Source: Strigamia acuminata (lineage: Eukaryota). Taken from it: a stretch of DNA of 64,000 nucleotides. Position numbers and translations under genes: made by a program. The notes under the pieces are model-generated. The model did not search any database. It saw only the letters and a program-made list of their open reading frames with translations, and was not told the origin of the DNA. The stretch covers positions 29,202,001 through 29,266,000 of the forward strand of contig OX442314.1 of assembly GCA_949358305.1 (NCBI GenBank), given 5' to 3'. Each line of letters begins with the position of its first letter. Positions within the stretch are counted from its first letter, which is position 1. Shown here piece after piece: positions 34,757 to 46,128 of the stretch.

Positions 34757-37700
34757 ATAGGGATTCGAGTTCACCGCCAACCTCGACGACAGACGGACCG
34801 ACTTGGAATCACCCTTGCTATTTTGTTTAGCGTTCCTTTATTATTTGAAGTTAACATTTAATCAGTTCTTGTCTAACCTGGTGTTTTATAATAATTTTAG
34901 TCTAACCAATTATTGTTGTCTTTTTGATTTAAGATTTATTTTGTTTGATGTAACCTTTGGAACTTCTGTTCAATTTTCTAACCTTAAACTATTTTGTTTT
35001 TTGATGTGGATCCGCCGCTGAATTTCAGAGAAAAACAAGACGGCCACACAAGATATTTAATTGTGTTAACAGTTTGCTAATTTCTAGATTTATGTGTTTG
35101 TTTCTTGAGGAAGAATAAAGAGTTTTAGTTTTTTGTTTGAACATCCCAAAAGTGATGGCTATACTTTTTTCGTAGAAAAAATTAAAGCAGTATCTATTAA
35201 GATAATTCTTACAAATAATTAAAGGAGGGTTTAACACTCGCAGATGAAGGCCGCGCCGGAACCCCAACAACTTATAAAGCAATTAAACCGACATTTAGTC
35301 ATTTATAAAGATTGTATCAATCAGGAATTACGGAGTAGTTCCATTGATAAGGGGGACGTATGACGGTTACGTCATAATGACTAAATTCACCGATAGATGG
35401 CGTTTTCTACTTTTAGCGGCAGATTTAACCAGAATAGAAGATTTAGTGCTAAGACTACATAAAACTGAGTTTTATGTGGAGCTAACATTATATCCTTGTA
35501 TATTTATTAGTTTAGAGGCTTATTGGACCGTTTATGACATTATTCAGAGAATATATCATAAACCCAAGTTGAAAGGTTACTCACCTTTGCGCACCTGCAC
35601 CAATTATGGACACCCTGTGGATTTGAGTCAAAGACTTAATCCAAAGTGTGTCCCCGCTATCCAGTTCCTGTCCTGACCTAGGAGAGAGCTAAGTCCTGGG
35701 TATCCAGTTCCTGTTGAGCATCTGGAAGTCATCTAATTGAGCAAGTGGCCTCAGAATCCGACCTCTCACTCAGTGATTGGAGGGATTCCGAGGACTCATG
35801 TCCCCATTGGAGCATTGGAAGTTCCATTGTGCTCTAAGAGCATATATTCCCTTACAACCGGAAATACAACGCTCTTGTCATGATATTTGTTGAACACTTA
35901 CTTACTTGAGCCCGCATATATATTTATATGCATTCCCCGCCTTAAATGGTGCTGCTTACCATGACCTGTGGTGAAATGCGGATTGTTGCAAGACAATCTT
36001 TGGGTGCTATCGAAACGATGGCGCATCACCAGCCTTTGACTGAGGTTGACGCTACGGATAATGTTGTGTTCCGTGAGTACGACCCTGGATGAGGAAACCT
36101 CCATCCTTGTCTGTGGTCATGACCATCCGGACTGGCGAGGAATTAGGCCTGGACGGGCATTTAGTACTCGCTAGGCTAGGTGACGCCGCGGGATTGGGCG
36201 ATGGATGATGTTTGCCGCCAAATCCTGTGAGGCAGACGGCGACTGTGTGATCGCGAGGATACCGGGCTGAGCGATGGATGACGTTTACCGTTCGGACCCG
36301 GTAGGATTTCATATTTGTACTTTTACAGCTTGGATTTAGCCAACTCAGTTGTATAAATCATTTCATCGTATCATGATGTAAAACGAAGTTTTACTCACGA
36401 TAAAGAACTCGATTGACACAGAACCGGAAGTAAACATTACAGCAAAACAAATGATAACCAAATTTGCTTGTTGTAATCCAGATGACAACATAATGACCTT
36501 TGGCTCACGACATATACTCATCGAGTTATGTGTGACGCCGGAATATCATTAATTCCCACATGATGAATTATTTACGTCATACTTGATAACAAAAGTATGC
36601 GTAATCCAAACAGCATAACAGCAATACTCTATGCAAATATCTTAGATATTTACATGAGATTGTGACAATGTGGAATAAGTCAACCGCACAGCCTCGGATA
36701 CCGCCATTACAGAACCGAACCAGAGACCAGTCAGCCCGACGATAGATGACATCTTTTCTCCATGCGAATACGATGTATTGACCCATCTATTTCGGAGCCA
36801 AGGACACCAATCGTATTCTCATTTGGCCAGCTTTGTAGGCCATTTTATTTATATAACGGAGTTATACTAAATAAATGTTATGTGATTTGAGAAAAACCCA
36901 CGACTCCATTTTATTTACACTATTGCAATAATTCACCTTCAGTAATTGTTAAACTTGTTCTCGTGAGCTTTTAGTAGTTTGACATAGCTTTTCTCGACCA
37001 GATATTGTAAAATATTTGCGCCGAAAGAACATTGTCACAGATGAAAAACGGTTTTTGAAAGCTATTTTAGAGTTGAATGCACTTATTGATTTTATTGAAT
37101 CAATGTCCTAATAATAATCAATAAGTTATACTTATCCGCGAAGAGAACCAATTGAGCTCTTCTTAAAGATTTAGCCCTATCGTTAAAGCTGGCATCCGAT
37201 TGGCTGCTTTTAATCCTTCTGTTCTCTAGAACATATACTATAAGCTCTGGTTTTCACCGGAACTTTGCTTTTTGTTCTGTTTTGTTAGTCATGTCCATTT
37301 TATTGTTAGTTCGTATTACTTCGTATTACTTCACTTTTGCGCACATCTTAGCTTATCTCGCGTAGGTTAGTTAGGTTTATCTTTTAAGGCTAATATTATG
37401 CTAATATTTTCGGCCAATGGTAGAATTGTTACAACTTTATCTCACACACAGTTCACTATTTTTCCCTTGTCAGCCTTATCTCGAACTTAAGAAGTTTGAC
37501 TGAATGACTGAATTGGCTAACAAGTATGTATGTTAAAATACTAGCGCCACAAATTAATTAAATAAATCACGAATGACTATAAATTTCCTGTGAGTTCAAG
37601 CATGAACCAAGGTTAACATGGGCACGTATCCGTGTGTTATTTCCTATTGATTCATGTTCTGTGCGCTGATTGGATGACAGCAATTACGCGTTGCTTGCCA

Positions 37701-38338
37701 AACTAAGCATATTTCTTACCTTTTGTCATCCCAGAATACAGTGCGGCTATATATTATGTGAAGCCATCGGTGGCAAAACGCTCGGAACTTGTGGATACAT
37801 GTCCATGTTATTCTTGGTTTTATAGTTCAAGGCTATCATCATATAAATCATCACAAATTCTCTGCCAAAAAAAGAACGAGTTGGGCCTTTCGTTTGTCGA
37901 TATATTCCAAACCGATAAAACCTAGTCCAAACTCTCATTTGGTGAGTCGTTTCACTGGTGTAGTGGCACAAGAAAGTAGCCCATTACACCAGAATTGTTT
38001 CCGCCATTTTCCACGCGCAATGGTTGTTGCGTCTTCTTTTATTATTCTGTTCTTTTCAGTATTTCATTGTCATTGTTAGCTTATTATTATTCATTATTAT
38101 TATTGTGATTGTATTTATTCCATTCAACAAATTATTTTTTTGTTTTTTACTAATGTACTTACTAGTGTACTTACTTATTAACCTGTAGACATTATTAACC
38201 ATTCTATTTTAGGACTAAGACGGTTTTACTGCAACTGAACTGTGAATATAAATCCGGATCACAGCAACTAGACTGCCAATAGCACGAGTTAAGCTAGTGT
38301 TCGAAAGTTGTCATTACCGTAGTAGAATTTGATGCAAA

Positions 38339-41300
38339 ATGACTGTGGTGAAAGCTCTTAGGCTACGTCGAAGTCATATTCGTCGTTTTGTACGGCAAGA
38401 AATGCAAACTTCCCTGTCAGGCAATGATAGTTTGAAGTTTATTGATAATGTTTTCAACAAAAATAAGAGTAGTTTAGTCCGGGCAGTTTGGTTCGTTGTT
38501 TTGATCATTTGTGGCATCATTTGTTGTTACCAGACAATAGAAAGAATCCAATTCTACATTGATGGACATATCAAAGTTGAAATTGAATATGTTCCAATAG
38601 GTGAAATGACGTTCCCAGAAATGAGGTTCTTTGGTCTCGATACCGGATCTTTGTCTGAATACTGGAAAGAAATGGAAGGTTCTTCAATGAGAAACAACCT
38701 CAAAAGATTACCCGTTGTTTGTGTTTTGCCACTGAAAGGAATGATTTCTGCAGCAGTGAAAATTGAAAATTATACAGATTTTTGGTTAAAAAGCAACATT
38801 TCAAGCAATTTACAGCACATCAAGATAAGACAGGTATTTAATCCTATTATTTTCTTAATACCTGATGGGATATTATGTTGATATTATGTATTGTCACCAC
38901 ATAAAATTGTTCTAGTAATTGTTAGCTTTTAATGATAAAAGTTATGGTTGTATTGCTACCAATGCTATTGCTACTGATGTCGTCATGCAGCTTTCACATT
39001 TTCCCCTTAGCAACGGTCGGCCAGGAAAAGAAACAATAAAAAGTTGCTTCTTTTTTATGGTATGTGGAATGAAAATTATTCACACTCCTGCTCTTGTGCA
39101 CAACTGGACTCCCTGGTGTCGTATGCATACACACGTAAATCATGAGACAGGGACTACAGTGTTAGTTGTTGGCCTTTAATCCGTTGTCTAGGGTTGGAGT
39201 TTCCCATCTACCCACGTGCTAGCGAAGGCACGCTACACTAGTGACTGACCCGTCATACACCGGGTGGGAACCCCATGGATGACGTGGTCAAACATAACAT
39301 TCTGCCGTAGTCACCTGTACGACCCAGGCAACCGCTCATGGAGGCTGTAGTGGACTCATCGTCACACTACTGAGCGTTGCAGTGGTGACTGGGGAGGAGA
39401 GCAGAGTCAGCACGGGGCACGACTGCCCTTGCTGTGTTATTCAGGAACAAAGCTGTGACAGTGGTGATCAGTGTGAGGTGTAGGCAAAGAGTGAGTACCG
39501 GTAATAAACGAATTAATTACTCAAAATTTGGCCGAAAAGTTGGCCCAATACGCATGCGTTGCGTGGCGTGTGCCCGGGCACACTTCATGCCTAGCAATGG
39601 TGCAAATTAGGGCTTCGCCTTAGCAACCCCCTAGTTTGGCAATTTGGTTGCTGCAGTTGCAACTGCTTCTGTTAAACAGCCGAAAGCATAGCAGGTGCAG
39701 AATAACTACAAGCGATGTTATTACATAATTTTAAGATCAAATATATAAATTTCTCCCAAATGTTGAAGGGACATTTGGGGTCACAACAACCTCCGTCTCG
39801 ATTGGGACCCAGCTCTCTTCTCTCTCTCTCCACACCACTCAGCTCCCTCCTTCCCTATACAGTCGACTCTGCGAGGAGGGATGACCTGAGGGCCGTTGGG
39901 TGGCGTGTGGCAGTGACGCTGGTCACCTGTGGGTGGCCAAGCGGTCACAGTTCATAAAAAGTTATAAGTCATATGTTCATACGTTTGGTGAAAGAATTTT
40001 AATAAAGGGGGGACACATAACATGAAAGCCAAGTGCAGATCGTATCTCGGTACAGGTGCCCTCTACTTGATTATCAGCGTCAAATGTATGTGTAGTGTGC
40101 ATTTTATACGTATACAGTAATCTGCTGAATTACACCTATAATCGTATAACTTTTCAGGGTAAAACTGTATTGCATGAAACAACAATTAAAGAAGGAATTT
40201 CTAGAAAGGATAACACAAACATTTCACTAAGCTATCGAAATGATGTAACTGGACGATCTTTGGTCTTTACTTCTGGTTAGAATTAAAAACAAAATAAAAT
40301 AATTTTGAGGTTTTAATATTTTTGGCTAAATCTATAGATCGAAAATTATCACTCAATATGAAATTCCACATACTCTTTAAAACGAATAGAACCAACTGTG
40401 TCAACCCACAGATTACGGTAAGAATCTCATCCTTTACTATTTTATTGGAGTTTGTAACTTATACTTTTATTTTTACACTTTTGAATATTAGATGAGTAGG
40501 ATAGTTAGCGTCATGTCTTACCAATACACTTTGTCGGTGGCGTCAGGAATTGAATCAGATGTTCAATTTTTTATTCGAAGTGTAAGCTCAATTACGTTAA
40601 AGATATTGAGAAATTTGTAGTGCATCACAAAAGTGTATAAGTTTGAATATATCAGATATCAGCTTTTCAATCTTGTTTATTGTGATGGATCACCAAAAAT
40701 AGTAATGCTGCATTTGTTTTTTGGTAGTATCAATTTTTAGCTTCGAGACATCCCTATTGTGAACCAGATAAGAAAAAGGAAACCCAATGCTACGAAGATT
40801 GTGTGAGGAAAAAAACTCCTCAACGATGCAGGTCTAATTGCATGCAACATCTAAATATTGTTAAACTCATAGATTTTTGGCTTACCAGGTTGCCTTTTAT
40901 GTCCAACAAAAATTTGATGGATTGCAGTTTAGAGTCAAACAAATCAATTGTGGCTGAAATGTATGAAGAAGCATTTTTCCATGAAACAACTACACTGCCA
41001 TCGTTTGAATGTGGTTGCTTGAGATCTTGTGAACGGAATGTTTATTTGTTTGCATTATATTCTGATACAGGTTAAACTATAATATCTTATATTTTTATGC
41101 ATAATTCTCAAAATTATTATGTTTTAAGTTAGATTTTCAAGATGAACCAAATGGCAAAGATCTAATAAGTCTCAATCTAAAAGTGTTGGAAGAATTGTTT
41201 GTCAGAATGACAGAAACCTACATTTACACCATTCCAAACTTATTGATCGATTTTGGGGGCAATTTGGGATTCTCCTTGGGACTTTCTCTTCTGTCTTTAA

Positions 41301-41809
41301 TTGAAATTGCACAAATGTTTCTTCTCATTTTGTCTAAATATATCAGACCTGCTCAACTTAAAGGGAGCATAAAAAAGAAAACTACCAAGTTAATGCATTT
41401 GGTCATTGACAAAAAGAAAGATGTTTCTCAAAGTGTGATGCAGCAGCCACAAAAAAAACTTCTACTGCAATCTACATTGAATTTAATTCTAATATTTACT
41501 TCTGCAATATTGGCAGTTTATGTGAGCAAAGAAAGAATCACATTATATATGAGTGAGCCGACAAGATATGTGGTAATTATTCAAGAAAATCACACATTGT
41601 ATTTACCCAATTTAATTGCGTGTAAGGATGGACCATTAATGACTAAATACAGGCGAACATATGCTAAAGAAATAGGCATGATTGAATGCAAGATTCATTT
41701 TATCAATTTAATGAACATGACTAAAAATCATAAAAAACCATCAATAGAAGATGTGTGGCGATTCCAAACGCCTCAGATGAATAAAGGAGCAATGGACAAT
41801 GCCTATTTT
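38339..41809 (+). CDS. DEG/ENaC double-unit gene copy 2 (5' exons through the TM2-linker-TM1 exon; remainder displaced by nested insertions beyond 42253)
   Basis: Colinear near-identical paralogue of 4969-7987, introns included; homology runs from CACGAGTTAAGCTAG (4912/38283) to TTATCTAT (8428/42250). Confidence 0.85.
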
Positions 41810-42252
41810 GTAAGTATTCCTCTAAAAATGGGTTCACATCTGCATATACATCGCGGATACTTGCCTCAAAATTGCGATGTTACGCATGTGTGGACCCATC
41901 TTGATACACATAATAACGTATCGTCAACTTACAAAAGGTTTATAAACCAAATAAAATTTTGAGCACTAACGACAAATATTAGTCAAAAGTGAATTTAGTT
42001 GTTATTGTATGGCAATAAAGGGCGCCAATATCAAGGATTGAGTACGAATGCACCCAGTATTCTGCATCCAATCACATTATTGCGAGATTATGCATATACA
42101 TGTATACAGCAGGTCCTCAACTTTTGAACTACCGTAGTACAGTTACAAGAACTTGTTCTTCTGTCAAGGATGTACACAGTGAAAAAATTGTTCACCCCAG
42201 TAAGGAAAACATTTTTGAATCCTATTTTTTTTCTATGATTTTTTATCTATAA

Positions 42253-42416
42253 TGCTGGGCGCAGACATACCGCGATTTCGCGTCGCGTCGCGATCGCGTT
42301 ACCATTGCGCATGTGCAGGTGACGTTGTCGCATTCAACTCGGTCTGTCGCTAATACGTGGTATGAGTCACTCTCTAATTTCGCAATACCGCTTTACTCAA
42401 GCGGTTACCCAAATAA
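42253..42416. mobile_element. Left end of a probable TIR element (Harbinger-like, inserted after TAA)
   Basis: Homology to copy 1 stops abruptly at TAA|TGCTGGGCGCAGAC followed by CGCGA/TCGCG repeats; the other end is not in the window. Confidence 0.4.
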
Positions 42417-42920
42417 TGTAACACGGCAAGACAATGTAAAAGGTAAATATAATAAATGTATTTATTATACGGGAATATACAGTTAAAAGGGAATAAAATA
42501 TGTAAGGGAATAAAAAGGTAAAAGGAAAGGTGTGTGAAGTTGGCGGGAAACTGGTCGAGGTCGTCCTTTGTCGCTGTGGATCCAAGATGGCGTCCGCGTG
42601 GCAACGTGGTGTCGTCTTGGGCCGGCGTGGCAATGAATGGCGTCCTCGTCTCTCGTTTCTTGGTCGGTCCTTCGGGCTCACGCTGGTCGGGCGCGAGTGA
42701 ATGCCTAAAAGGTCTTACTTCTGGTCTGTTGTCTAGGTTTAGGGTTTTGTTTAGGTGTCCGGCGATCACACAGCGGCGGACGCTTGGTGGTTCCCGGCGA
42801 TACACACAGCGGCGGGAACGCTCGTCGTGGTTACTGCAATTTAGGCTTGTGCGACCGTTTGTCTGCACAACTCGCTAAATTGGAGTAGGTTTACTATTTC
42901 TAGCTGGCTTGCTAAAATAG
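42417..42920 (-). mobile_element. Part of a further LTR (element X) into which gypsy B inserted
   Basis: Abrupt TGTAACACGG terminus at 42417, minus-strand AATAAA nearby, then GC-rich sequence cut by the B LTR at 42921. No partner LTR is visible. Confidence 0.4.
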
Positions 42921-43359
42921 TGTGGTAATCTTATTTCGCAGGTTACTCTGCGGAGGTTAACACAAATCAATCGTACTCACGTTGGAAGTCCCTTGTCCTA
43001 GGTCACTCCTGAAGTCTTTGTACTTAGGCTTGATCGTTTTAGGACGTTTGGCTTTTACGTGTATCTTGGTTGATTTTTGTGTTGGTTCTGCCCGCTCAGT
43101 GCAAGGCAAATTCCTTTGCACAAAGCGGGGGTGACAGGTGACTAAAGCCACCCAATGGTGGAGAAGACGAATCTCCCCCACTCCCCCAGGGCAGACGCCC
43201 GTCCATTGACTGGATGTCAATGCTCTGAGGGAAGGGAGGCGCGCGTGCGACTCCCCCTCTTTACCCGTATGTAGGCCACGAGAGAAACTCTTCGTGCCCC
43301 ACCCCAGTCGGGTCACCACACGTCCCCCTCCCAGCTCTGACCGCGCGTGTTCGGAGCGA

Positions 43360-46128
43360 TCAATCCTTCTTGCTGGGACCCGACGCTGGATCCATCGCCT
43401 GGGCGAAACTCACTCCAGGGACGGGCGGCTCAGCGCCGGGCGGCACAACGCCGGGCGGCAAAACCAGATCTCCAACCAAGGCTGAAGACTGGTCGCGGGG
43501 GTCCTCGTGCTCGGAAATAAAGCACAATTCGTGGCCGCCGGCTGGCTCGTACGGGGCACGTCTCCTCTCATGCAGCCAAACCCGCGGAATGAACGCCGAA
43601 AACCCGGAATTGGTGTGCCGGATCGCGTTCGCCTCCGCGGCTGTTCGGGGCGCACGATGGGCCCTCAGCAAACGCTGATGGAGGATCAAATCGGTGGTCT
43701 GGCGCACCTGGTTGTGTAGCCAAACAAATACCGATTTCCCTTTGTCTCTCTGGGCGAGAATGAACTTCCGCGTCGCTGTCGTCATCGACAGCTGAGAGAA
43801 CTCGTCACATAACTTCTCATAATAGTTCGTCTGAGGTTTCGCCGCTTTCGCTGGCTTGGCGCTCTTCGGAACTACCGCCTGCTTGACCGTCTCTTCCCGT
43901 GCTTCTTGGGCTGCGGGAGGCGTCAGGCTTTGGCGAGCGGCGGACATCGTTGGCGGCGTCCGGCACAGCAGGCGTCTCGGCTTACCCGCCGCATTTGATA
44001 GGACGGGTGTCTGTGGTGCCGCCGCTGGTGGCATCGGTGGCGGCGGCGGAGGTGGAGTTGGGGCTCCACGTGAAGCAGTCGAAGAGGCGGCGTCGCTCTC
44101 CATCGGCTCTTCACTCGTGACCATCATCGCGCACGGCTGCGTCGATGGTGTCGGCGCCCACGTGGTAACGGCGTGGCGGAAGGCCATGCTCCGCAACTTG
44201 TACCCCTCCCATTCGGGGTTCACCACGTCCCGGGTCAGCTCGAATCGAGTCATCGCCGGGTTGGGGAGAATGGCGCTCCATTCCCCAACAAGTGCACGAG
44301 GTATCTGTACACCTTCTCGGTCTACGACGGACCAGCAGGCCATCGCCTGTCGCCCGACCCCAAAGAGCGAAGGGGTTAACAGCTGGACCATGATTTCGGT
44401 CAAGGCCAGCTGCAGACGACGGCGGTTTACTGGATTGCTGCGGTCGGAATCCTCAGCGAACGCACGCGAGTGATGTCGCATCATCGAAATTCCCCACTCG
44501 ATGAAATGGCGCTGAGTGACGTCGGCGCCCTGCAGAGCAGCGGCGGCGGCCCTCGGGTCCTCCATCACGAATGAGAAGGCCAAGAGCTCTTCGATCGATG
44601 GATTGGCTGCTTCTCGAGCCAGCCGTGCGTTTTCGTCACGCTGTTCATACCACATCGCGGTGCGGTCGTGTCTTGCCGTGCTCGGGTAATATTCTCCGGT
44701 CCGGGCGTTATGGCATTCCCGCGCAATACTCAGGTGCACGGGCAACATCACAGAGTCGTCGACGGCCAAGTCCGGCGTAGTGCTCGAACCTGGCATCGGC
44801 GGCGGCGGCGGCGGAGGCTGCGTCGGCGGCGGCAGCGTCAATGACTGCTGTGCCGGCAACGGCAGCGTCGCTTGCGTCTCAGTCGCCGTGACCTGAGGCG
44901 CCGGAGTGGGTGTAACGGTGCTCGTCGGCGGAACGACGGCCGTGGGTCGCGAATTCACATATTCGCTCAACCACCGTGCCACTTCGTGTGGAATCACGGT
45001 ACCATCCTCGACGATGCCCATCTTGCGGGCGAACTGCATCGCGGGGTCGAAACGCGACAATTTCTTGCGTTTCATCTGAGTGATGATCTCGCGAAGGTCC
45101 CGTGTGTCTGGCGCTAGGACGCGACGCTCTCCGGAAGATCTGCCACTCGACTTCGATCGTGCTTCTCTCGCTTCCTTCGCTTCTATTGCTTTGAGAGCGT
45201 GTTCGGGAAGGGGAATTCCCCGCGCCTCGCAGCGAGCGAAATACCGCTCTTTGCGGTCTTGTTTCCGCTGCTCACGATGAGTCAGCGGGCGTCTGCCGGC
45301 ACGGGGACGAGAGACTCGCTCTTCGTCACCCGAAATCCAGACTTCTCGAGTCTCTTTACCGTCTTTCATCTGACGGTTGACAAACACCCTTGGTCTGGTG
45401 TAATTCGCGGAGTCGCGCGGTGGCTGCGCTGACGTTCCCGCTCCATCGTTTACGGTCGAGTGCCTTTCGACGCACTGTTTCTTCGACCGGCCCGGGGAGC
45501 GCGATTCGCTGCCCCCGGTTCCCTTAGAGCGCTTGCGCTTCCGTGGGAAATTATATTTGGGACCGAGAATTCCCAAATAATGTAACTGCCACATTTCGGC
45601 TTGTGACGTGAGAATCCCCATTCTCGGTCGCCACTGTGGCGTAACTTCTCCTCGCCGAATCTGCTCGCACCACAGATGTATGTCTGCGGTACTCATGCCT
45701 TCGTCCTGCAAGATACGCTCTGCAACCGCCGGCGCAGTGTCAATTAGCTGCTGGCGGTAGTGTTGATACACTTCTTCGCGGGCCTCCTCGGTCTCGGCCG
45801 CTTGCCACGCGAACAACACATGTTCCTCCACTGGCCTGCCGGAGTATTGGCTCGACAGGGCCGAGTGGAAGATTGGCGACTTTGGGTCGTCGCTGCGAGC
45901 TAACTCTGCAGCGACAACAGCTCGAACCGGCTCCGGAAATGCATCCAGGAGAGAGCAGTCACCTACCCATCGCTTGGCGAGGGCGCGCGAAAATAATACG
46001 CGAATGCGATATGGATTGGCATCACCGCCAAAACAACGGCGGAGAAAATCGGGCAAGACGCCTCGATAAATGCCAGCCCGCACAATGCATGCGGGGCTGA
46101 GCGCTCCCCACGTGTTTCGGAGCTCCAT
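43360..46128 (-). CDS. Gypsy B accessory ORF (~920 aa, unknown function, Pro/Arg-rich, not env-like)
   Basis: Long ORF ending 40 bp before the 3' LTR, starting right after TTTTGTTTTCCATCATTGCAG|ATG; NLS-like PRKRKRSK; poly-Pro tracts; no TM segment. Confidence 0.85.
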   Translation of the reverse strand: MELRNTWGALSPACIVRAGIYRGVLPDFLRRCFGGDANPYRIRVLFSRALAKRWVGDCSLLDAFPEPVRAVVAAELARSDDPKSPIFHSALSSQYSGRPVEEHVLFAWQAAETEEAREEVYQHYRQQLIDTAPAVAERILQDEGMSTADIHLWCEQIRRGEVTPQWRPRMGILTSQAEMWQLHYLGILGPKYNFPRKRKRSKGTGGSESRSPGRSKKQCVERHSTVNDGAGTSAQPPRDSANYTRPRVFVNRQMKDGKETREVWISGDEERVSRPRAGRRPLTHREQRKQDRKERYFARCEARGIPLPEHALKAIEAKEAREARSKSSGRSSGERRVLAPDTRDLREIITQMKRKKLSRFDPAMQFARKMGIVEDGTVIPHEVARWLSEYVNSRPTAVVPPTSTVTPTPAPQVTATETQATLPLPAQQSLTLPPPTQPPPPPPPMPGSSTTPDLAVDDSVMLPVHLSIARECHNARTGEYYPSTARHDRTAMWYEQRDENARLAREAANPSIEELLAFSFVMEDPRAAAAALQGADVTQRHFIEWGISMMRHHSRAFAEDSDRSNPVNRRRLQLALTEIMVQLLTPSLFGVGRQAMACWSVVDREGVQIPRALVGEWSAILPNPAMTRFELTRDVVNPEWEGYKLRSMAFRHAVTTWAPTPSTQPCAMMVTSEEPMESDAASSTASRGAPTPPPPPPPMPPAAAPQTPVLSNAAGKPRRLLCRTPPTMSAARQSLTPPAAQEAREETVKQAVVPKSAKPAKAAKPQTNYYEKLCDEFSQLSMTTATRKFILAQRDKGKSVFVWLHNQVRQTTDLILHQRLLRAHRAPRTAAEANAIRHTNSGFSAFIPRVWLHERRRAPYEPAGGHELCFISEHEDPRDQSSALVGDLVLPPGVVPPGAEPPVPGVSFAQAMDPASGPSKKD

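Larger units (their letters stand above)
23253..37039 (+). mobile_element. Intact Ty3/gypsy LTR retrotransposon A (long LTRs, three ORFs)
   Basis: 1681-bp LTRs 23253-24933 and 35359-37039 (one mismatch noticed), termini TATGACGG...GTCACA, 4-bp TSD GATG, PBS at 24936, PPT AAGGGGGACG at 35349-35358. Confidence 0.97.
18082..37083. mobile_element. ~460 bp TIR element (same GGTGCRTTCAA family as 2053/2082) split by the copia and gypsy A insertions
   Basis: TA|GGTGCATTCAATTCTAAA at 18082 and TTTAGAGTTGAATGCACT|TA ending at 37083. Removing the two LTR elements and one copy of each TSD rejoins 18082-18157, 22908-23252 and 37044-37083. Confidence 0.7.

Noticed and set aside
39207..39242. Helitron-like 3' end (CGTGC...GCACG hairpin then CTAG|T)
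   Set aside because: No defensible 5' end or second copy in the window; too short to call.
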